64,000 nucleotides of DNA from Candidatus Bathyarchaeota archaeon (GCA_963733095.1 CAVTBV010000013.1:32001-96000), one strand, 5' to 3'. Positions 1 through 10,901 are shown, counted from the stretch's first letter. Notes: generated from the letters alone by a model not told the origin. Made by a program: numbers and translations.

Positions 1-119
1 GAATGTACTCAATTATTGACCCACGAATCTACAAAGCTGTTGATGCACTAACCCCCGAAATAATTACCGTTCTGCAGAAAGAAGTAATGGAACAGATAAG
101 CTGCAGTCCGACAAATTAG
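1..119 (+). CDS. 3' end of a probable ArsR/SmtB regulator (truncated by window edge)
   Basis: Frame reads ..MYSIIDPRIYKAVDALTPEII..SCSPTN*; YSI.D.RI resembles the ArsR wing/C-terminal helix; lies directly upstream of Acr3. Confidence 0.5.
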   Translation, partial: MYSIIDPRIYKAVDALTPEIITVLQKEVMEQISCSPTN

Positions 120-142
120 AATATTTTGAATTGGTCTGCTAA

Positions 143-1195
143 ATGACTTGTGAGACTGAAGAAAAATCGTTAGGCTGGATAAGCAAGCTCCTTGCTCTTT
201 GGATTGCAATAGCCCTGGTTATTGGGCTTGCACTCAGTAAGTTCTTTCCAGTATTTAGTAGTACCCTCCAAATAGGCATCCCCATCGGTTTATTCTTCAT
301 GATTTACCCCGCAATGACCAAAATCGAAATTAGCGAACTTAAAAAAGCCGTAAAAAGCCCCAAACAAACCAGCATTATCGTCTTCTTCAACTACGCCATA
401 AACCCTTTCCTCCTATTTGCTTTAGGGTATATTTTCTTTGAAGTAGTTTTCCCATCTCTTGGACTCGTCGACCTTGTAACTGCGCGTTATCTATGGACAG
501 GACTAATTCTTCTAGGTGTTGCCCCCTGTATCGCGATGGTGTTGGTTTGGACTGACCTGTGCAAAGGAAACGGTCCGCTTGGCATAGTGCTTATGGCATG
601 GAACAGCATAATCCAAATAATCACTACACCCCTGTTCATCGCCCTTCTAATCGGCACCTACATTTCAATCGACATTGCGTCTATCGGCGAGAGCATACTC
701 CTCTATCTAGGATTACCTCTACTTTTTGGAGCAATCACCCGACGAGAAGTCATCAAACACAAATCCCAGCAATGGTTCCAAAAAAAGCTGATTCCATATT
801 TTGATTCGCTTCAGCTTTTGGCATTGCTCTTCACGATGGTTGTCATGTTTGCGTTACGCGGCGGCGTTATCCTCGATAATCCCTCGCTTGTGTGGCTGAT
901 GGCCATTCCAGTGGTTCTTTTCTTCTTTATGCTCTTCAATTTGGTCTATTTTACCACTCGGCGCCTTGGATACAACTATGAAGACTCAGCGACAATGGCA
1001 TTTCACAGTACAGGAAGAAACTTTGAATTGGCTATTGCGATAGCTTTAACCGCGTTTGCTTCGATGCCTATGGTGGCGGTTTCGACAGTGGTTGGTCCAC
1101 TAATCGAAATTCCAGTCATGCTGACGCTTGTGCATTTTGCATTAAGACGAAGAAATCGAATTAGGAGTCAAACGAAACAAGCTACAAACTCCTGA
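143..1195 (+). CDS. acr3: Acr3-family arsenite efflux transporter
   Basis: About 10 TM segments; APCIAMVLVW, GRNFELAIAIA and VGPLIEIPVM motifs. Confidence 0.92.
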   Translation: MTCETEEKSLGWISKLLALWIAIALVIGLALSKFFPVFSSTLQIGIPIGLFFMIYPAMTKIEISELKKAVKSPKQTSIIVFFNYAINPFLLFALGYIFFEVVFPSLGLVDLVTARYLWTGLILLGVAPCIAMVLVWTDLCKGNGPLGIVLMAWNSIIQIITTPLFIALLIGTYISIDIASIGESILLYLGLPLLFGAITRREVIKHKSQQWFQKKLIPYFDSLQLLALLFTMVVMFALRGGVILDNPSLVWLMAIPVVLFFFMLFNLVYFTTRRLGYNYEDSATMAFHSTGRNFELAIAIALTAFASMPMVAVSTVVGPLIEIPVMLTLVHFALRRRNRIRSQTKQATNS

Positions 1196-1776
1196 TTATT
1201 CATCAAATTTACTAATTTACTTAGAGTTCAAAATTTTTAAGCTATCGAGTTTTACACTAACCATAATTGCTAATGGGGCTTTCAGTTTGCAGTATTTTAA
1301 CTTGTTTCAAATGGTACACATCAGCAATATTTTACTCCATATTTGTCACAAAATTTATAACAGATCAGATGCTATTGATTTGTGTAGGTCAGGGAGCAAG
1401 CTTTAGATGCAATGCATCGAGGCATAGATGCGTACTGATTGAAACAGCGAAAAATTGGTGCGCGACCAAGACTTTGCCTCTTTGGGCTGAACATGCATTG
1501 TGTTGAAGCAGCTAAGCGGTGAGCGGCAGGTTCAAAACGGTGCAAGGATCTGCAGCGGTTAAGACATTGTTTAGGTGGGCCGTGTCAACAATAAGGCTCA
1601 GACTTGACCTACTATAATTTAGGTGGAAGAAAAACTTGTACGGGAAACCGTAAAATTCCACTTTTTTATAATTTTTCCAACCAGCAGCTAAGTTAGGCAG
1701 GTTACTTCTAAATTGTTGATGTATGGGTAAAGGTTTAAGTGCAACATGCAAGTTTATTCTGCCAAAGGTGTAAAAT

Positions 1777-1938
1777 ATGCCAACTCACGGTTCACTCTCA
1801 AAAGCTGGAAAAGTCCGCACTCAAACGCCAAAAATCCAAGCTCGAGAAAGAATTTCTCCGAGCCCAAAAACCAGAACCCGACGCACTTACGAGAAGCGCG
1901 TGATTCTGCAGCGGAAAGCTGGCCAAAACTGGGTCTAA
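1777..1938 (+). CDS. rps30e: 30S ribosomal protein eS30 (53 aa; absent from the ORF track)
   Basis: Translates [42 protein letters not shown]..; HGSL.KAGKVR.QTPK is the eS30 signature. Confidence 0.95.
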   Translation: MPTHGSLSKAGKVRTQTPKIQARERISPSPKTRTRRTYEKRVILQRKAGQNWV

Positions 1939-2024
1939 ACGAACTTTTTTTCAAGCTTAATTTTCCATTTTAACTTATAGCTTAGTTTATTTATTTGTAA
2001 TCTTAACCTAATTCGGTACTTTCC

Positions 2025-3617
2025 TTGAACAATCAAGTTGCCCTCAGAGAAATAATCACAACCCTACTTTCTATGCCTTCACCCACGCACGAGGATGTTA
2101 ACCGATTAAAAATCAAGGTGGCAGCAAAGTACCATTTAGAAGCTGTACCGGCAAACGCCGATCTAATAAGTGTTTTAACGGCTGCTGAAACAAAAAAGCT
2201 CCTGCCCATCATCAGACGCAAGAATACTCGCGCAATCAGCGGGGTAACAGTAATCGCCGTCATGACTAAACCGTACCCTTGCCCACAGCCCGAACCCTGC
2301 GCTTACTGTCCTGGCGGACCAACCCAAGGCAGCCCCCAAAGCTACACGGGATATGAACCAGCTGCGTTACGGGGAACCCAAAACAGTTTTGACCCCTATG
2401 AGCAGGTCAAAAGCCGCATCCGGCAACTCACCGCCATTGGGCACAAAGTGGACAAAGTCGAGTTGATCGTTATGGGTGGAACCTTCCCAGCTACACCCAT
2501 TGAGTACCAAACATGGTTTATCCAACGCTGCCTAGACGCCCTAACAGGCAAAACCTCCGCGAATCTAGAAGAGGCTATGGCGAATGCGGAAGTAAGCAAA
2601 ACTCGCAACGTCGGCATAACCGTCGAAACCCGCCCCGACTGGGCCAAACAACCCCACATCGACGTAATGCTCGACATGGGCGTGACACGAGTTGAGCTTG
2701 GGGTGCAGAATCCAGATAACGAAATTTACCGTTTAGTCGGCAGAACACACACCGTCGCGGATGTAGTTGAAGCCACTCGCATTGCCAAAGATTCGGGATT
2801 AAAAATTGTCTATCATTTGATGCCTGGTATGCCAGGTTCTAACCCTGAAAAAGACATTACTGCATTCAAACGAGTCTTCTCAGATTCAGCCTTCAAACCT
2901 GACATGATAAAAATCTATCCTTGCCTAGCCATCGCTGGAACCAAAGCCTACGAATGGTACCAGAAAGGCACATTTGAACCTTACACCACTGAACAAGCCG
3001 CGAACGTCATCGCAGAAATCAAAAAAACCATCCCACAATGGGTAAGGGTGATGCGTGTGCAACGGGACATCCCCGCAAGACTCATTTTGGCAGGAGTAAA
3101 AAAGAGCGATGTACGAGAGCTTGTCCAATCCAAACTCAAGGCGCAAGGTAGCCAATGCCGATGTATCCGCTGCCGCGAAGTAGGACACCGATTGGCAGTT
3201 GACCACATAAAACCAGATCTGGAAAAAATCAAAATTCTAACGCAGAAATATGAAGCTTCGGAAGGACAGGAATTTTTCATATCCGCCGAAGACCCAGAAA
3301 ACAACATATTGTTGGGGTACTTGCGTATGCGTTTTCCATCAGCAAAAGCTCATAGACCAGAAATCACCGCTGTGCCGTCCGCTATTGTGCGTGAACTCCA
3401 TGTTTACGGCCAACTTGTCCCCGTTGGAAAACATTCCGAGGGCGCTTGGCAACATAAGGGCTATGGACAAATCCTTTTAAAAGAAGCTGAAAGATTGGCT
3501 GGCGAGGCGCTCGGTTTGAAAAAGCTTTTAGTTATCAGTGCGTTAGGAACAAGAAGGTATTACATGCGTTTTGGGTACGAGCGTGATGGAGTTTACGTTT
3601 CAAAGAGGTTGAATTAA
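2025..3617 (+). CDS. elp3: Elp3 tRNA U34 carboxymethylation radical-SAM/GNAT enzyme
   Basis: PCP...CAYCPGG, PQSYTGYEPA, ETRPD, RVQRDIP, CRCIRCRE, VRELHVYG, WQHKGYG. Confidence 0.95.
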   Translation: MNNQVALREIITTLLSMPSPTHEDVNRLKIKVAAKYHLEAVPANADLISVLTAAETKKLLPIIRRKNTRAISGVTVIAVMTKPYPCPQPEPCAYCPGGPTQGSPQSYTGYEPAALRGTQNSFDPYEQVKSRIRQLTAIGHKVDKVELIVMGGTFPATPIEYQTWFIQRCLDALTGKTSANLEEAMANAEVSKTRNVGITVETRPDWAKQPHIDVMLDMGVTRVELGVQNPDNEIYRLVGRTHTVADVVEATRIAKDSGLKIVYHLMPGMPGSNPEKDITAFKRVFSDSAFKPDMIKIYPCLAIAGTKAYEWYQKGTFEPYTTEQAANVIAEIKKTIPQWVRVMRVQRDIPARLILAGVKKSDVRELVQSKLKAQGSQCRCIRCREVGHRLAVDHIKPDLEKIKILTQKYEASEGQEFFISAEDPENNILLGYLRMRFPSAKAHRPEITAVPSAIVRELHVYGQLVPVGKHSEGAWQHKGYGQILLKEAERLAGEALGLKKLLVISALGTRRYYMRFGYERDGVYVSKRLN

Positions 3618-3618
3618 G

Positions 3619-4965
3619 ATGAGTCAAATTGAAGATTCTGGTTACCAGGGCGAAGCGTTGCGCCTGCTAAAACAAGCCGACTGCAACGTCGGCGACATCC
3701 TTAAAGTCACAAGCAAAGGCAAAACCTACGAGGGCATACTGATTCCTCGCTCAGGCGAAGGCACAGCCATCATAGTTAAAATGAAGAGCGGCTACAACAT
3801 CGGCATCCAAGCCGCCGCAGAGGTTAAAATTGAAAAAATCGGCAAAGGAACCAAACCAACATTCGCTTCCCCGCCTATCCCCAAACAGAACCCAGCCCTG
3901 CCACACGTCGTTATATTGAGTACTGGCGGAACAATCGCCAGCCGAGTAGACTACCGCACAGGCGCCGTGCGTTCAGCCATGTCCGCCAGCGACCTCTACG
4001 GAGTTGTCCCAGAACTCGCAGATGTTGCCCGAGTAGACACAGAAATTGTTTACAGCATTTACAGCGAAAACCTCACCCAAAAAAACTGGAGCGAACTCGC
4101 CCAAACCGTAGCCAAACACATCGAGCAAGGCGCAGACGGAGTAGTCATTGCTCACGGAACGGACACGATGGCTTACACTTCCGCCGCATTGAGCTTCGCA
4201 CTCCAGAACTTGCCTGTTCCAGTCATTCTTGTTGGGGCTCAACGATCTTCTGACCGACCAAGCAGCGACGCAGCAACCAACTTAATCGGCGCAGTAAAAG
4301 CCGCTGGAGAAGCACCCTTCGCAGAAGTTGGATTAGCGATGCATGAAACCATCTCCGACGCCGCGATTGTAGTTCATAGAGGTACCAAAGTGCGAAAATG
4401 CCACACCAGCCGTCGAGACACATTCAAATCCATCAACGGATTTCCCATCGCCAAAGTCCAAAACCTCCAAGTAACCATGAAAACAGACCAATACCAGCGC
4501 CGCAACCCAAAGAAAAAGCTGGTCCTCAAACCAGACTTCAGCGAAAAAGTCGCATTAGTCAAATTCTACCCTGGATTTGACCCCTCAATCATCGACTACT
4601 ATGTCCAAAAAGGAATCAAAGGAATTCTGCTTGAAGGTTCAGGTTTAGGTCATGTGAGCAAATTCTGTTTTGAAGCAATCAAGAACGCTGTGTCTAAGGA
4701 TGTGGTGGTTGCGTTGGCTTCCCAGTGCATATGGGGTAGAGTAAACATGAACGTCTATGACACTGGACGGGATCTGTTGTCCTTTGGCGTCGTCCCGCTT
4801 GATGATATGTTCCCTGAAACAGGGCTTGTCAAGCTCATGTGGGTTCTTGGGCAAACCGACATTCCCCAAGAAGCAATCAAGCTTCTAAAAACCAACTTTG
4901 CAGGCGAGTTCTCGGCTCGAACCTTCCTACAAGAAGAAAAACTTCAGTACCAAGGAGACCAATAA
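3619..4965 (+). CDS. gatD: Glu-tRNA(Gln) amidotransferase subunit D
   Basis: KMKSGYNIG N-domain, STGGTIASRVDYRTGAV, HGTDT, GAQRSSDRPSSDA, RKCHTSRRD. Confidence 0.96.
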   Translation: MSQIEDSGYQGEALRLLKQADCNVGDILKVTSKGKTYEGILIPRSGEGTAIIVKMKSGYNIGIQAAAEVKIEKIGKGTKPTFASPPIPKQNPALPHVVILSTGGTIASRVDYRTGAVRSAMSASDLYGVVPELADVARVDTEIVYSIYSENLTQKNWSELAQTVAKHIEQGADGVVIAHGTDTMAYTSAALSFALQNLPVPVILVGAQRSSDRPSSDAATNLIGAVKAAGEAPFAEVGLAMHETISDAAIVVHRGTKVRKCHTSRRDTFKSINGFPIAKVQNLQVTMKTDQYQRRNPKKKLVLKPDFSEKVALVKFYPGFDPSIIDYYVQKGIKGILLEGSGLGHVSKFCFEAIKNAVSKDVVVALASQCIWGRVNMNVYDTGRDLLSFGVVPLDDMFPETGLVKLMWVLGQTDIPQEAIKLLKTNFAGEFSARTFLQEEKLQYQGDQ

Positions 4966-4966
4966 A

Positions 4967-6865
4967 ATGACCATCGACTACGCAAAAGTCGGCTTAAAAG
5001 TAGGCTTAGAAATCCACCAGCAACTAAACGTAAATAGCAAACTCTTCTGCATTTGCCCACCCGAACTCTTCAAAGAAGACCCTGAAATCACTTTCCTACG
5101 CAGACTCCGACCAACCCAAAGCGAATTAGGACAAATTGACCCAGCTGCGTACTTTGAGTTTCAGAAGGGCGTAAAAATTCTCTATGAAGCCAGCCGAAAA
5201 AGTAGCTGTCTTGTCGAGATGGATGAGGAGCCGCCTCACCCGATCAACTTGGATGCGGTTGAAGTGGTTTTAACTGCTTCGCTTATGATGAATATGCAGC
5301 CTGTCGATGAAGTGCATGTTATGCGTAAGACTGTTATTGACGGCTCAAACACCACTGGGTTTCAGCGCACCTGCATCATTGCGTTGGACGGCTGGATAAA
5401 GGTCGGTGAAAAAATCATCCCCATGCAAGCGGCAAGCCTAGAAGAAGATGCAGCACGCAAGACTGGAACTCAGGATGAGGGCAAAACCATCCGTTACCGC
5501 ATCGACCGTTTAGGAATCCCCCTTATCGAAGTCGCTACTGCACCAGTGATTTATTCACCCATGGAAGCCCAAGAAGTCGCGTTTGCCATTGGTAGAATCC
5601 TCAGGGATACAGGCAAAGTCATGCGAGGGTTAGGAACCATTCGTCAAGACCTCAACGTTTCTTTGCCAAACGGCGCTTTGATTGAGATTAAAGGTGTTCA
5701 GGAGCTTGAGTTGATTTCCACGGTTGTAGAGTATGAGGTTCAACGTCAACTCGGATTAATCGAGATAAAAGAGGAACTTGCCAAACGCGGCATCAAACCT
5801 GAATCGCTTAAACCCGAATTCGTAGATGTTACCACTATTTTCAAAGATAACAAAAGCAAAGTTATCCGAAAAGCAATCGACAAAAACCATAAGGTCTTAG
5901 CTGTGAAACTTTCAGGGTTCGCCGGTTTGACGGGCAGAGAATTGATGCCTAGTTTCCGCTTAGGTTCCGAACTGTCTGATCGTGCCAAATTCTGGGGCAG
6001 AGTCGGAGGAGTATTTCACACCGACGAAAACCTCTCCAACTACGGCGTAACACCCGCAGATGTGGAAGCGTTGCAAAAAGCCGTCGGCGCAACCCAAGCC
6101 GATGCAGTGGTGTTCGTTGCTGACACAGCCGAAAACACCCAAGACGCACTCAAAGCAGTTGTGGAGCGTGCGCAGGAAGCCTGCACAGGTATCCCAGCCG
6201 AAACACGCACCGCCAAAGACGACGGGACCACACGGTACATGCGTCCCCGTCCAGGCGCAGCAAGAATGTACCCCGAAACCGATATCCCAGCCCAACCCAT
6301 AACAGAAAAGCTCGTAGCGAAGGTTTGTGCGCATCTGCCTGAACCAGCCGACAAAAAGCTTGCACGCCTCATAAAGCAGTACGGGTTAAATGAAAAATTA
6401 GCCAAGCAACTCATCGATTCCGAATACAACCTCCTCTTTGAGGAAACTGCCAAAACCAGTTGTGTCTCAGCTTCAACGGTTGCCGCATTTCTAACCGAAA
6501 CTGTCAAGGCGCTCAAACGTGAAGGTGTCCAAACATCAAACGTCACAGACGACCAAATCCGCGCCATCTTCAACGCTGTCGGCTCAGGAGACATAGCAAA
6601 AGAAGCAATCGCAAGTGTTTTCAGCTGGTTATCCAAGAACGAAGACAAAACAGTGTCGGACGCAGTGGATGCTTTAGGCTTAAAAATGTTCACCGAATCA
6701 GACTTAGCACCAATAATCGACCGAATAGTCACTTCCAACAAGCAACAAATCGAAAAACTCGGAAAGAATGCTCAGGGCATGCTTATGGGTGCGGTGATGA
6801 AAGAAGTCCGTGGAAAGGCTAATCCTGAACTTGTAGGCAAACTTTTGCATGAGCGTCTAAAATAG
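4967..6865 (+). CDS. gatE: Glu-tRNA(Gln) amidotransferase subunit E
   Basis: KVGLEIHQQL, MRKTVIDGSNTTGFQRT, RGLGTIRQDLNVS, MRPRPGAARMYPETDIP; ATG at 4967 just after the gatD stop. Confidence 0.96.
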   Translation: MTIDYAKVGLKVGLEIHQQLNVNSKLFCICPPELFKEDPEITFLRRLRPTQSELGQIDPAAYFEFQKGVKILYEASRKSSCLVEMDEEPPHPINLDAVEVVLTASLMMNMQPVDEVHVMRKTVIDGSNTTGFQRTCIIALDGWIKVGEKIIPMQAASLEEDAARKTGTQDEGKTIRYRIDRLGIPLIEVATAPVIYSPMEAQEVAFAIGRILRDTGKVMRGLGTIRQDLNVSLPNGALIEIKGVQELELISTVVEYEVQRQLGLIEIKEELAKRGIKPESLKPEFVDVTTIFKDNKSKVIRKAIDKNHKVLAVKLSGFAGLTGRELMPSFRLGSELSDRAKFWGRVGGVFHTDENLSNYGVTPADVEALQKAVGATQADAVVFVADTAENTQDALKAVVERAQEACTGIPAETRTAKDDGTTRYMRPRPGAARMYPETDIPAQPITEKLVAKVCAHLPEPADKKLARLIKQYGLNEKLAKQLIDSEYNLLFEETAKTSCVSASTVAAFLTETVKALKREGVQTSNVTDDQIRAIFNAVGSGDIAKEAIASVFSWLSKNEDKTVSDAVDALGLKMFTESDLAPIIDRIVTSNKQQIEKLGKNAQGMLMGAVMKEVRGKANPELVGKLLHERLK

Positions 6866-6944
6866 TCTTTTTCATGTCAAAAGAACCTATTAGCCACAAA
6901 TCCTAAATGACATCTACGAGTATAGAATGTAGACGAGGCTTAGC

Positions 6945-7424
6945 TTGATGAAACGCATTGAAGCACGGATTAAAACTCAGTTCGGCGAAGTCGTAATCGA
7001 AGGCGAAAGCCCACAAGACATAATGAACATGCTTGAAACGATACCTGAGGATTTTGTTGAGAAACTCTCCGATTTTGTCTCTAACCGCTTAACTCCTTCA
7101 GGAGCACAACTAAAGGGCATCATCGAACTCACTACCGAAGGACCAGTTATAGTTACCCGCGAAAACCTCACTCATTACGAAGCCGTTGGGCTGGTGCTGT
7201 ATGCTTCGGAAGAAAGAAAAAACACAGCTGCCCAAATCCAAAAGCTCTTAGAATCCAGCGGCATAAAAAGCATGGTGCCAGCACGATTAAACGAGATGAC
7301 TAAACGCGGCCAAGTCTTCAAACCTGACCCGAGCAAACCCGAGTTCAAACTGACTATTCAGGGCGAAAAATGGGTAGAAGAAGACGTTCTCTCCAGACTC
7401 CGAGGCAAGATGAGTGAGCGCTAA
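6945..7424 (+). CDS. Hypothetical protein with probable C-terminal winged helix
   Basis: LT..EAVGLVLY..., VPARLNEM..RG.V, FKLT..GEKWVEE pattern; paralog of the next ORF. Confidence 0.6.
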   Translation: MMKRIEARIKTQFGEVVIEGESPQDIMNMLETIPEDFVEKLSDFVSNRLTPSGAQLKGIIELTTEGPVIVTRENLTHYEAVGLVLYASEERKNTAAQIQKLLESSGIKSMVPARLNEMTKRGQVFKPDPSKPEFKLTIQGEKWVEEDVLSRLRGKMSER

Positions 7425-7926
7425 ACCCGAAAAAATTCATATACAAATAAAATACAAAGATTTTGAGCAACAGTTTTCCGCTGACCCACAAGAAGCATGG
7501 CTGCTTCTAAACAAGTTCTTCAACAAGATGATTCCCTCTTTTGAAATAGCCCAAAAACTCTGGTTAAACATAGACACTGAGCAGCTTGCCAAAGACTTAA
7601 ACGGCATAGTTGCTTTTTCAAGCGACGGCGTGAGCCTTCTGGTTCCTAAAACCAAGTTAACGGATAATGAAGCTTTGTTGATTTGGCTTGCAGCATATTA
7701 TTTGGGACAAAAGCTAAGCCTACTAAACAATGATTCATTTTCGAAAGATGAGTTGCAGGTTAAGCTAGGTAAAAGTGGTAAAATAACCAGCACGCGACTG
7801 GGCGAACTGGTAAAGAATAATTTTGTAGGCAAGACTTCGGATGAAAAGTTTAGGATAACAACATTTGGAGTTTTGCAGGTTCAAAAAGAGGTTATTCCAA
7901 AAATCAAATTAAAAATGGCTCCATAA
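7414..7926 (+). CDS. Hypothetical winged-helix protein, paralog of upstream ORF
   Basis: Shares L.GI..., LT..EA, RL.EL.K, F.IT.FG pattern; overlapping start. Confidence 0.6.
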   Translation: MSAKPEKIHIQIKYKDFEQQFSADPQEAWLLLNKFFNKMIPSFEIAQKLWLNIDTEQLAKDLNGIVAFSSDGVSLLVPKTKLTDNEALLIWLAAYYLGQKLSLLNNDSFSKDELQVKLGKSGKITSTRLGELVKNNFVGKTSDEKFRITTFGVLQVQKEVIPKIKLKMAP

Positions 7927-7956
7927 AATTTCTGGGCGCCCTAACCTGTTTAGGGA

Positions 7957-8241
7957 ATGCTTATTACTTACTGGCTCCAATTTTTTATTGAGGTCTTTCT
8001 GTTGAATTATGCCTTAATGACAATTGTCTTTTCTATCTTGGGCAGTTTAGGACTTAGCCTTACAGCTCTCATTATCTTAGTTATAATCGGCTTGATAATC
8101 GTAATCCTCATCAAACTGTTTCTAGTTCTGATTCCAGCAATTCTTGTAGCCGTTGTGGTGTACTTTTTAACTGGAGATTTGTTCTGGACGGGCATTGCTT
8201 TCCTTGTGATTGCGGCGCTGTCAATACTGGCGAAGTTGTAG
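7957..8241 (+). CDS. Small hydrophobic membrane protein (start uncertain)
   Basis: Almost entirely hydrophobic, about 3 TM. Confidence 0.55.
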   Translation: MLITYWLQFFIEVFLLNYALMTIVFSILGSLGLSLTALIILVIIGLIIVILIKLFLVLIPAILVAVVVYFLTGDLFWTGIAFLVIAALSILAKL

Positions 8242-8802
8242 GCTGATTTATTTCTCCCCTACCCTTATTTTCGTTTAAGGAAAAAGGAAAAGACCATCTG
8301 CAAATGAGTGATTGATCTCAGTTTACCCTTCTGCACCAGTTTATATTTTAATAAAATCCGTAATTTGGAATCATTAATAATTAAGATTCAGCCGCCCATA
8401 GGCTATAGCCACATTCAGAAGCGCGCGCTGGGTCTTTCTTCGTTATTTACTTGTAAGCTATTATAGGCATTGTCTATGCAAGGCATAATCTGTTTTTGAG
8501 GTTGTTTATAACCTTAAAATGGGTCCCTTTTTCGTACACATGGAAATGCGGCTTGAGTTCCATTAACAAAACAGCATATGCAATCAGCACCAACAACAAA
8601 ACACAACGTAAACCGAAAAGACATTAGAATAGTCGTGACATAGCAACCAAACCACAACAACAAGTAGCTCAAAAATCAAGCATTACATTTACTTTTATTA
8701 ACTAAACACTTTTTTGCTATTTGACTATGGATCTCTTTCATAAGGCTTTTATATTTGGTAGGGGGTTCTTGCATATTAACAGGAATGGACAGGGAACCAA
8801 TT

Positions 8803-9051
8803 ATGTCGATGATGGAACCAAGTAAAAAACCATTAAACGTACTCATTAAACAACTGCACGGCAACATCGAAGTTGTTCTGAAAAACGGCTATGAATACAA
8901 GGGAAAAATGATAAAGTGCGATGGGCACATGAACATCCTCTTGGAAGGCGCCACAGAATTCAAAGAAGACCAACTGATGACCAACTATGGTAACGTGTTG
9001 CTTCGAGGAAACAACATACTATACATAATTATGGACGCCAACAAGCACTAA
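8803..9051 (+). CDS. Sm-like (Lsm) RNA-binding protein
   Basis: Sm1 V.LKNG..Y.G.....DGHMNILL and Sm2 G.VLLRGNNI. Confidence 0.93.
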   Translation: MSMMEPSKKPLNVLIKQLHGNIEVVLKNGYEYKGKMIKCDGHMNILLEGATEFKEDQLMTNYGNVLLRGNNILYIIMDANKH

Positions 9052-9947
9052 AAAACTAAGCTTCTGGCTTCTCCAGTAACATAATTGCAGGCTGCTTGTG
9101 CAGCCAATTCCAGATTAAATTTTCGGCTGAAATAAGTTAGCACATTTTTAATGTCTCTTTCCAGAAGTTCCGCCGCGTTCGCATGATCAGTTTTTACGGC
9201 TTGCGGCCAATCAATAATCAGAATATGGCCATCAGGTTGCAGGATCAAGTTATACTCGCTGATATCTGCGTGAATTAGATGGGCTTTAACATAGGCTTTT
9301 CGTAGGTTTCTTAGAATTTCGCGCAAAACTTTTTCAGGTTTTCCAATATCTTTATATTTGGAAAGTTGGGCTCCTTCAATCATCCCCATAGCTACAACGT
9401 GGCGGTTTTGGCTGATTGGTTCAGGTACTGAAACGCCGTTTTCATAAGCATTTTTCATAGCTTGGAACTCTCTTTCAGCAGCCAGATGCGATTGAAAGAG
9501 CCATGTGGAATGTTCGCGTGTGTAGCCTCGTTTGCGTCTAGTTTGCCGAAAACTAATTCTGCCTAATCGGTGAAATTTGATAGCTAGGCGTTTGCCTTCT
9601 GAGTTTAAGGCGTCATAGACATCGGCTTCTTTTCCAACACCTAATGATTGCCCAAAAGACACTATGACGCCTGCTTTAACAAGTGCATTGATAGCTAAAC
9701 AATCGTACCCCGCGTAGTTTAGGGTGTGTCCGTTGTAGGTTTCTTTAGTTCGAAAGGTTAAGCCCAGCTTGTTTAATTTGCCCAAGGTAAAGTCTATGCG
9801 GTCCATGGGAACTTTGGCGTACCTTTGAATCTGTTCTATCGGGACAAATTCGTGTTTGCTCATACCAGCCTCAATTACATTTAAGATTCGAAAATCTTCA
9901 ATTTCTAACTCTTTGAATACGTGTACAGCTACTTCAGCGCTTGACAT
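9048..9947 (-). CDS. rio2: RIO2 serine/threonine kinase
   Basis: N-terminal wHTH (GYDCLA), GVGKEADVY, KFHRLGRISFR, HADISEYN, IIDWPQ. Confidence 0.94.
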   Translation of the reverse strand: MSSAEVAVHVFKELEIEDFRILNVIEAGMSKHEFVPIEQIQRYAKVPMDRIDFTLGKLNKLGLTFRTKETYNGHTLNYAGYDCLAINALVKAGVIVSFGQSLGVGKEADVYDALNSEGKRLAIKFHRLGRISFRQTRRKRGYTREHSTWLFQSHLAAEREFQAMKNAYENGVSVPEPISQNRHVVAMGMIEGAQLSKYKDIGKPEKVLREILRNLRKAYVKAHLIHADISEYNLILQPDGHILIIDWPQAVKTDHANAAELLERDIKNVLTYFSRKFNLELAAQAACNYVTGEARSLVF

Positions 9948-10106
9948 ACAACTATTTAATAGATAGATTTTAGCTATTAAAACTAAGTATTCGGTCGCCA
10001 GTTTTTCTGAGCTTGACTTATATGGGAGAAAAGAGTCTTAATGGGCTATGCCAAAGGCGTCCGTAAATAAGATACCAATATCTAGTAAACCGTATGGTTT
10101 TAAAAC

Positions 10107-10844
10107 ATGGCAGTAGAACAGGGAAATGTCTCAAAGATACTTTCAGTCCTTTCGCATCCACTACGAAGGGAAATACTACTAAACCTTAGCAACAATGGCG
10201 AATCTTCCTTTACAGACTTGCTGAATTTGCTGAAGGTAGATACTGGAAAACTTAGTTTTCACCTTCGCTCACTATCACCCTTCATAGAGCAAACTGCCAA
10301 TGGCAAGTACAAACTCAGTAGGGCTGGCGAAAGCGCAGTTCGGGTTATTCACGATGTTGAGGGTTGGGCAGAAGTTGCTGATGTGCAAGGGAAAGCAAGT
10401 TCACTTCCGCTTGCATCTTTTAGGACCAGGGCTTTGGCATTTCTAGTTGATTTTGCGTTGATATTAGCCATTACGATGGCGATTACTTTCCTCCCAGCGG
10501 TGCTTTCTCTTTCAACCACCGATTTTTTGGGCGGAGATAGCGTTAGCTCAGTTATTTTCATAACAGTGGGTCTGCTTTGGCTCTACTCAACTCTGCTTGA
10601 AGGATTTAATGGTCAAAGTATAGGCAAACGGTTCATAGGTTTAAAGGTGGTTAGGACTGATGGAAAAAAAATGTCTTATGACCACGCGGCAGTGAGGAAC
10701 TTTGGGAAAGTTTTACCCTTGCTTCCATTCGACTTGCTTGTAGGATGGACAATAAAAAATAACGCATTCATAAGGTACTTTGACAAGTTTGCAGGAACAA
10801 CCGTGATAGATTTACGTTCGCATGCTCCTGAAAAAACCGTTTAG
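10107..10844 (+). CDS. Winged-HTH (ArsR-like) plus RDD membrane domain fusion
   Basis: LSHPLRREIL..SFTDL..TGKLSFHL..YKLS; then R.LAFLVD, GQSIGKR..GLKVV, D.FAGT.V. Confidence 0.8.
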   Translation: MAVEQGNVSKILSVLSHPLRREILLNLSNNGESSFTDLLNLLKVDTGKLSFHLRSLSPFIEQTANGKYKLSRAGESAVRVIHDVEGWAEVADVQGKASSLPLASFRTRALAFLVDFALILAITMAITFLPAVLSLSTTDFLGGDSVSSVIFITVGLLWLYSTLLEGFNGQSIGKRFIGLKVVRTDGKKMSYDHAAVRNFGKVLPLLPFDLLVGWTIKNNAFIRYFDKFAGTTVIDLRSHAPEKTV

Positions 10845-10901
10845 TTTTTTTGAGTAAAATCTTATTTGTTGCTTGTGTGTAGCTTCTACGGGAGAAACTG
10901 T

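Noticed and set aside
1200-1740. Short ORFs or possible ncRNA between acr3 and eS30
   Set aside because: No recognisable protein motif or RNA fold
1746-1973. ORF-track 75-aa and antisense 66-aa ORFs
   Set aside because: Wrong frames; the real gene is eS30 at 1777-1938
6040-6741. Long antisense ORFs (also 17877-18737, 16050-16550, 46016-46393)
   Set aside because: Shadows of well-supported genes on the opposite strand
8242-8800. Long intergenic region upstream of Lsm
   Set aside because: No convincing C/D box, tRNA or ORF could be supported
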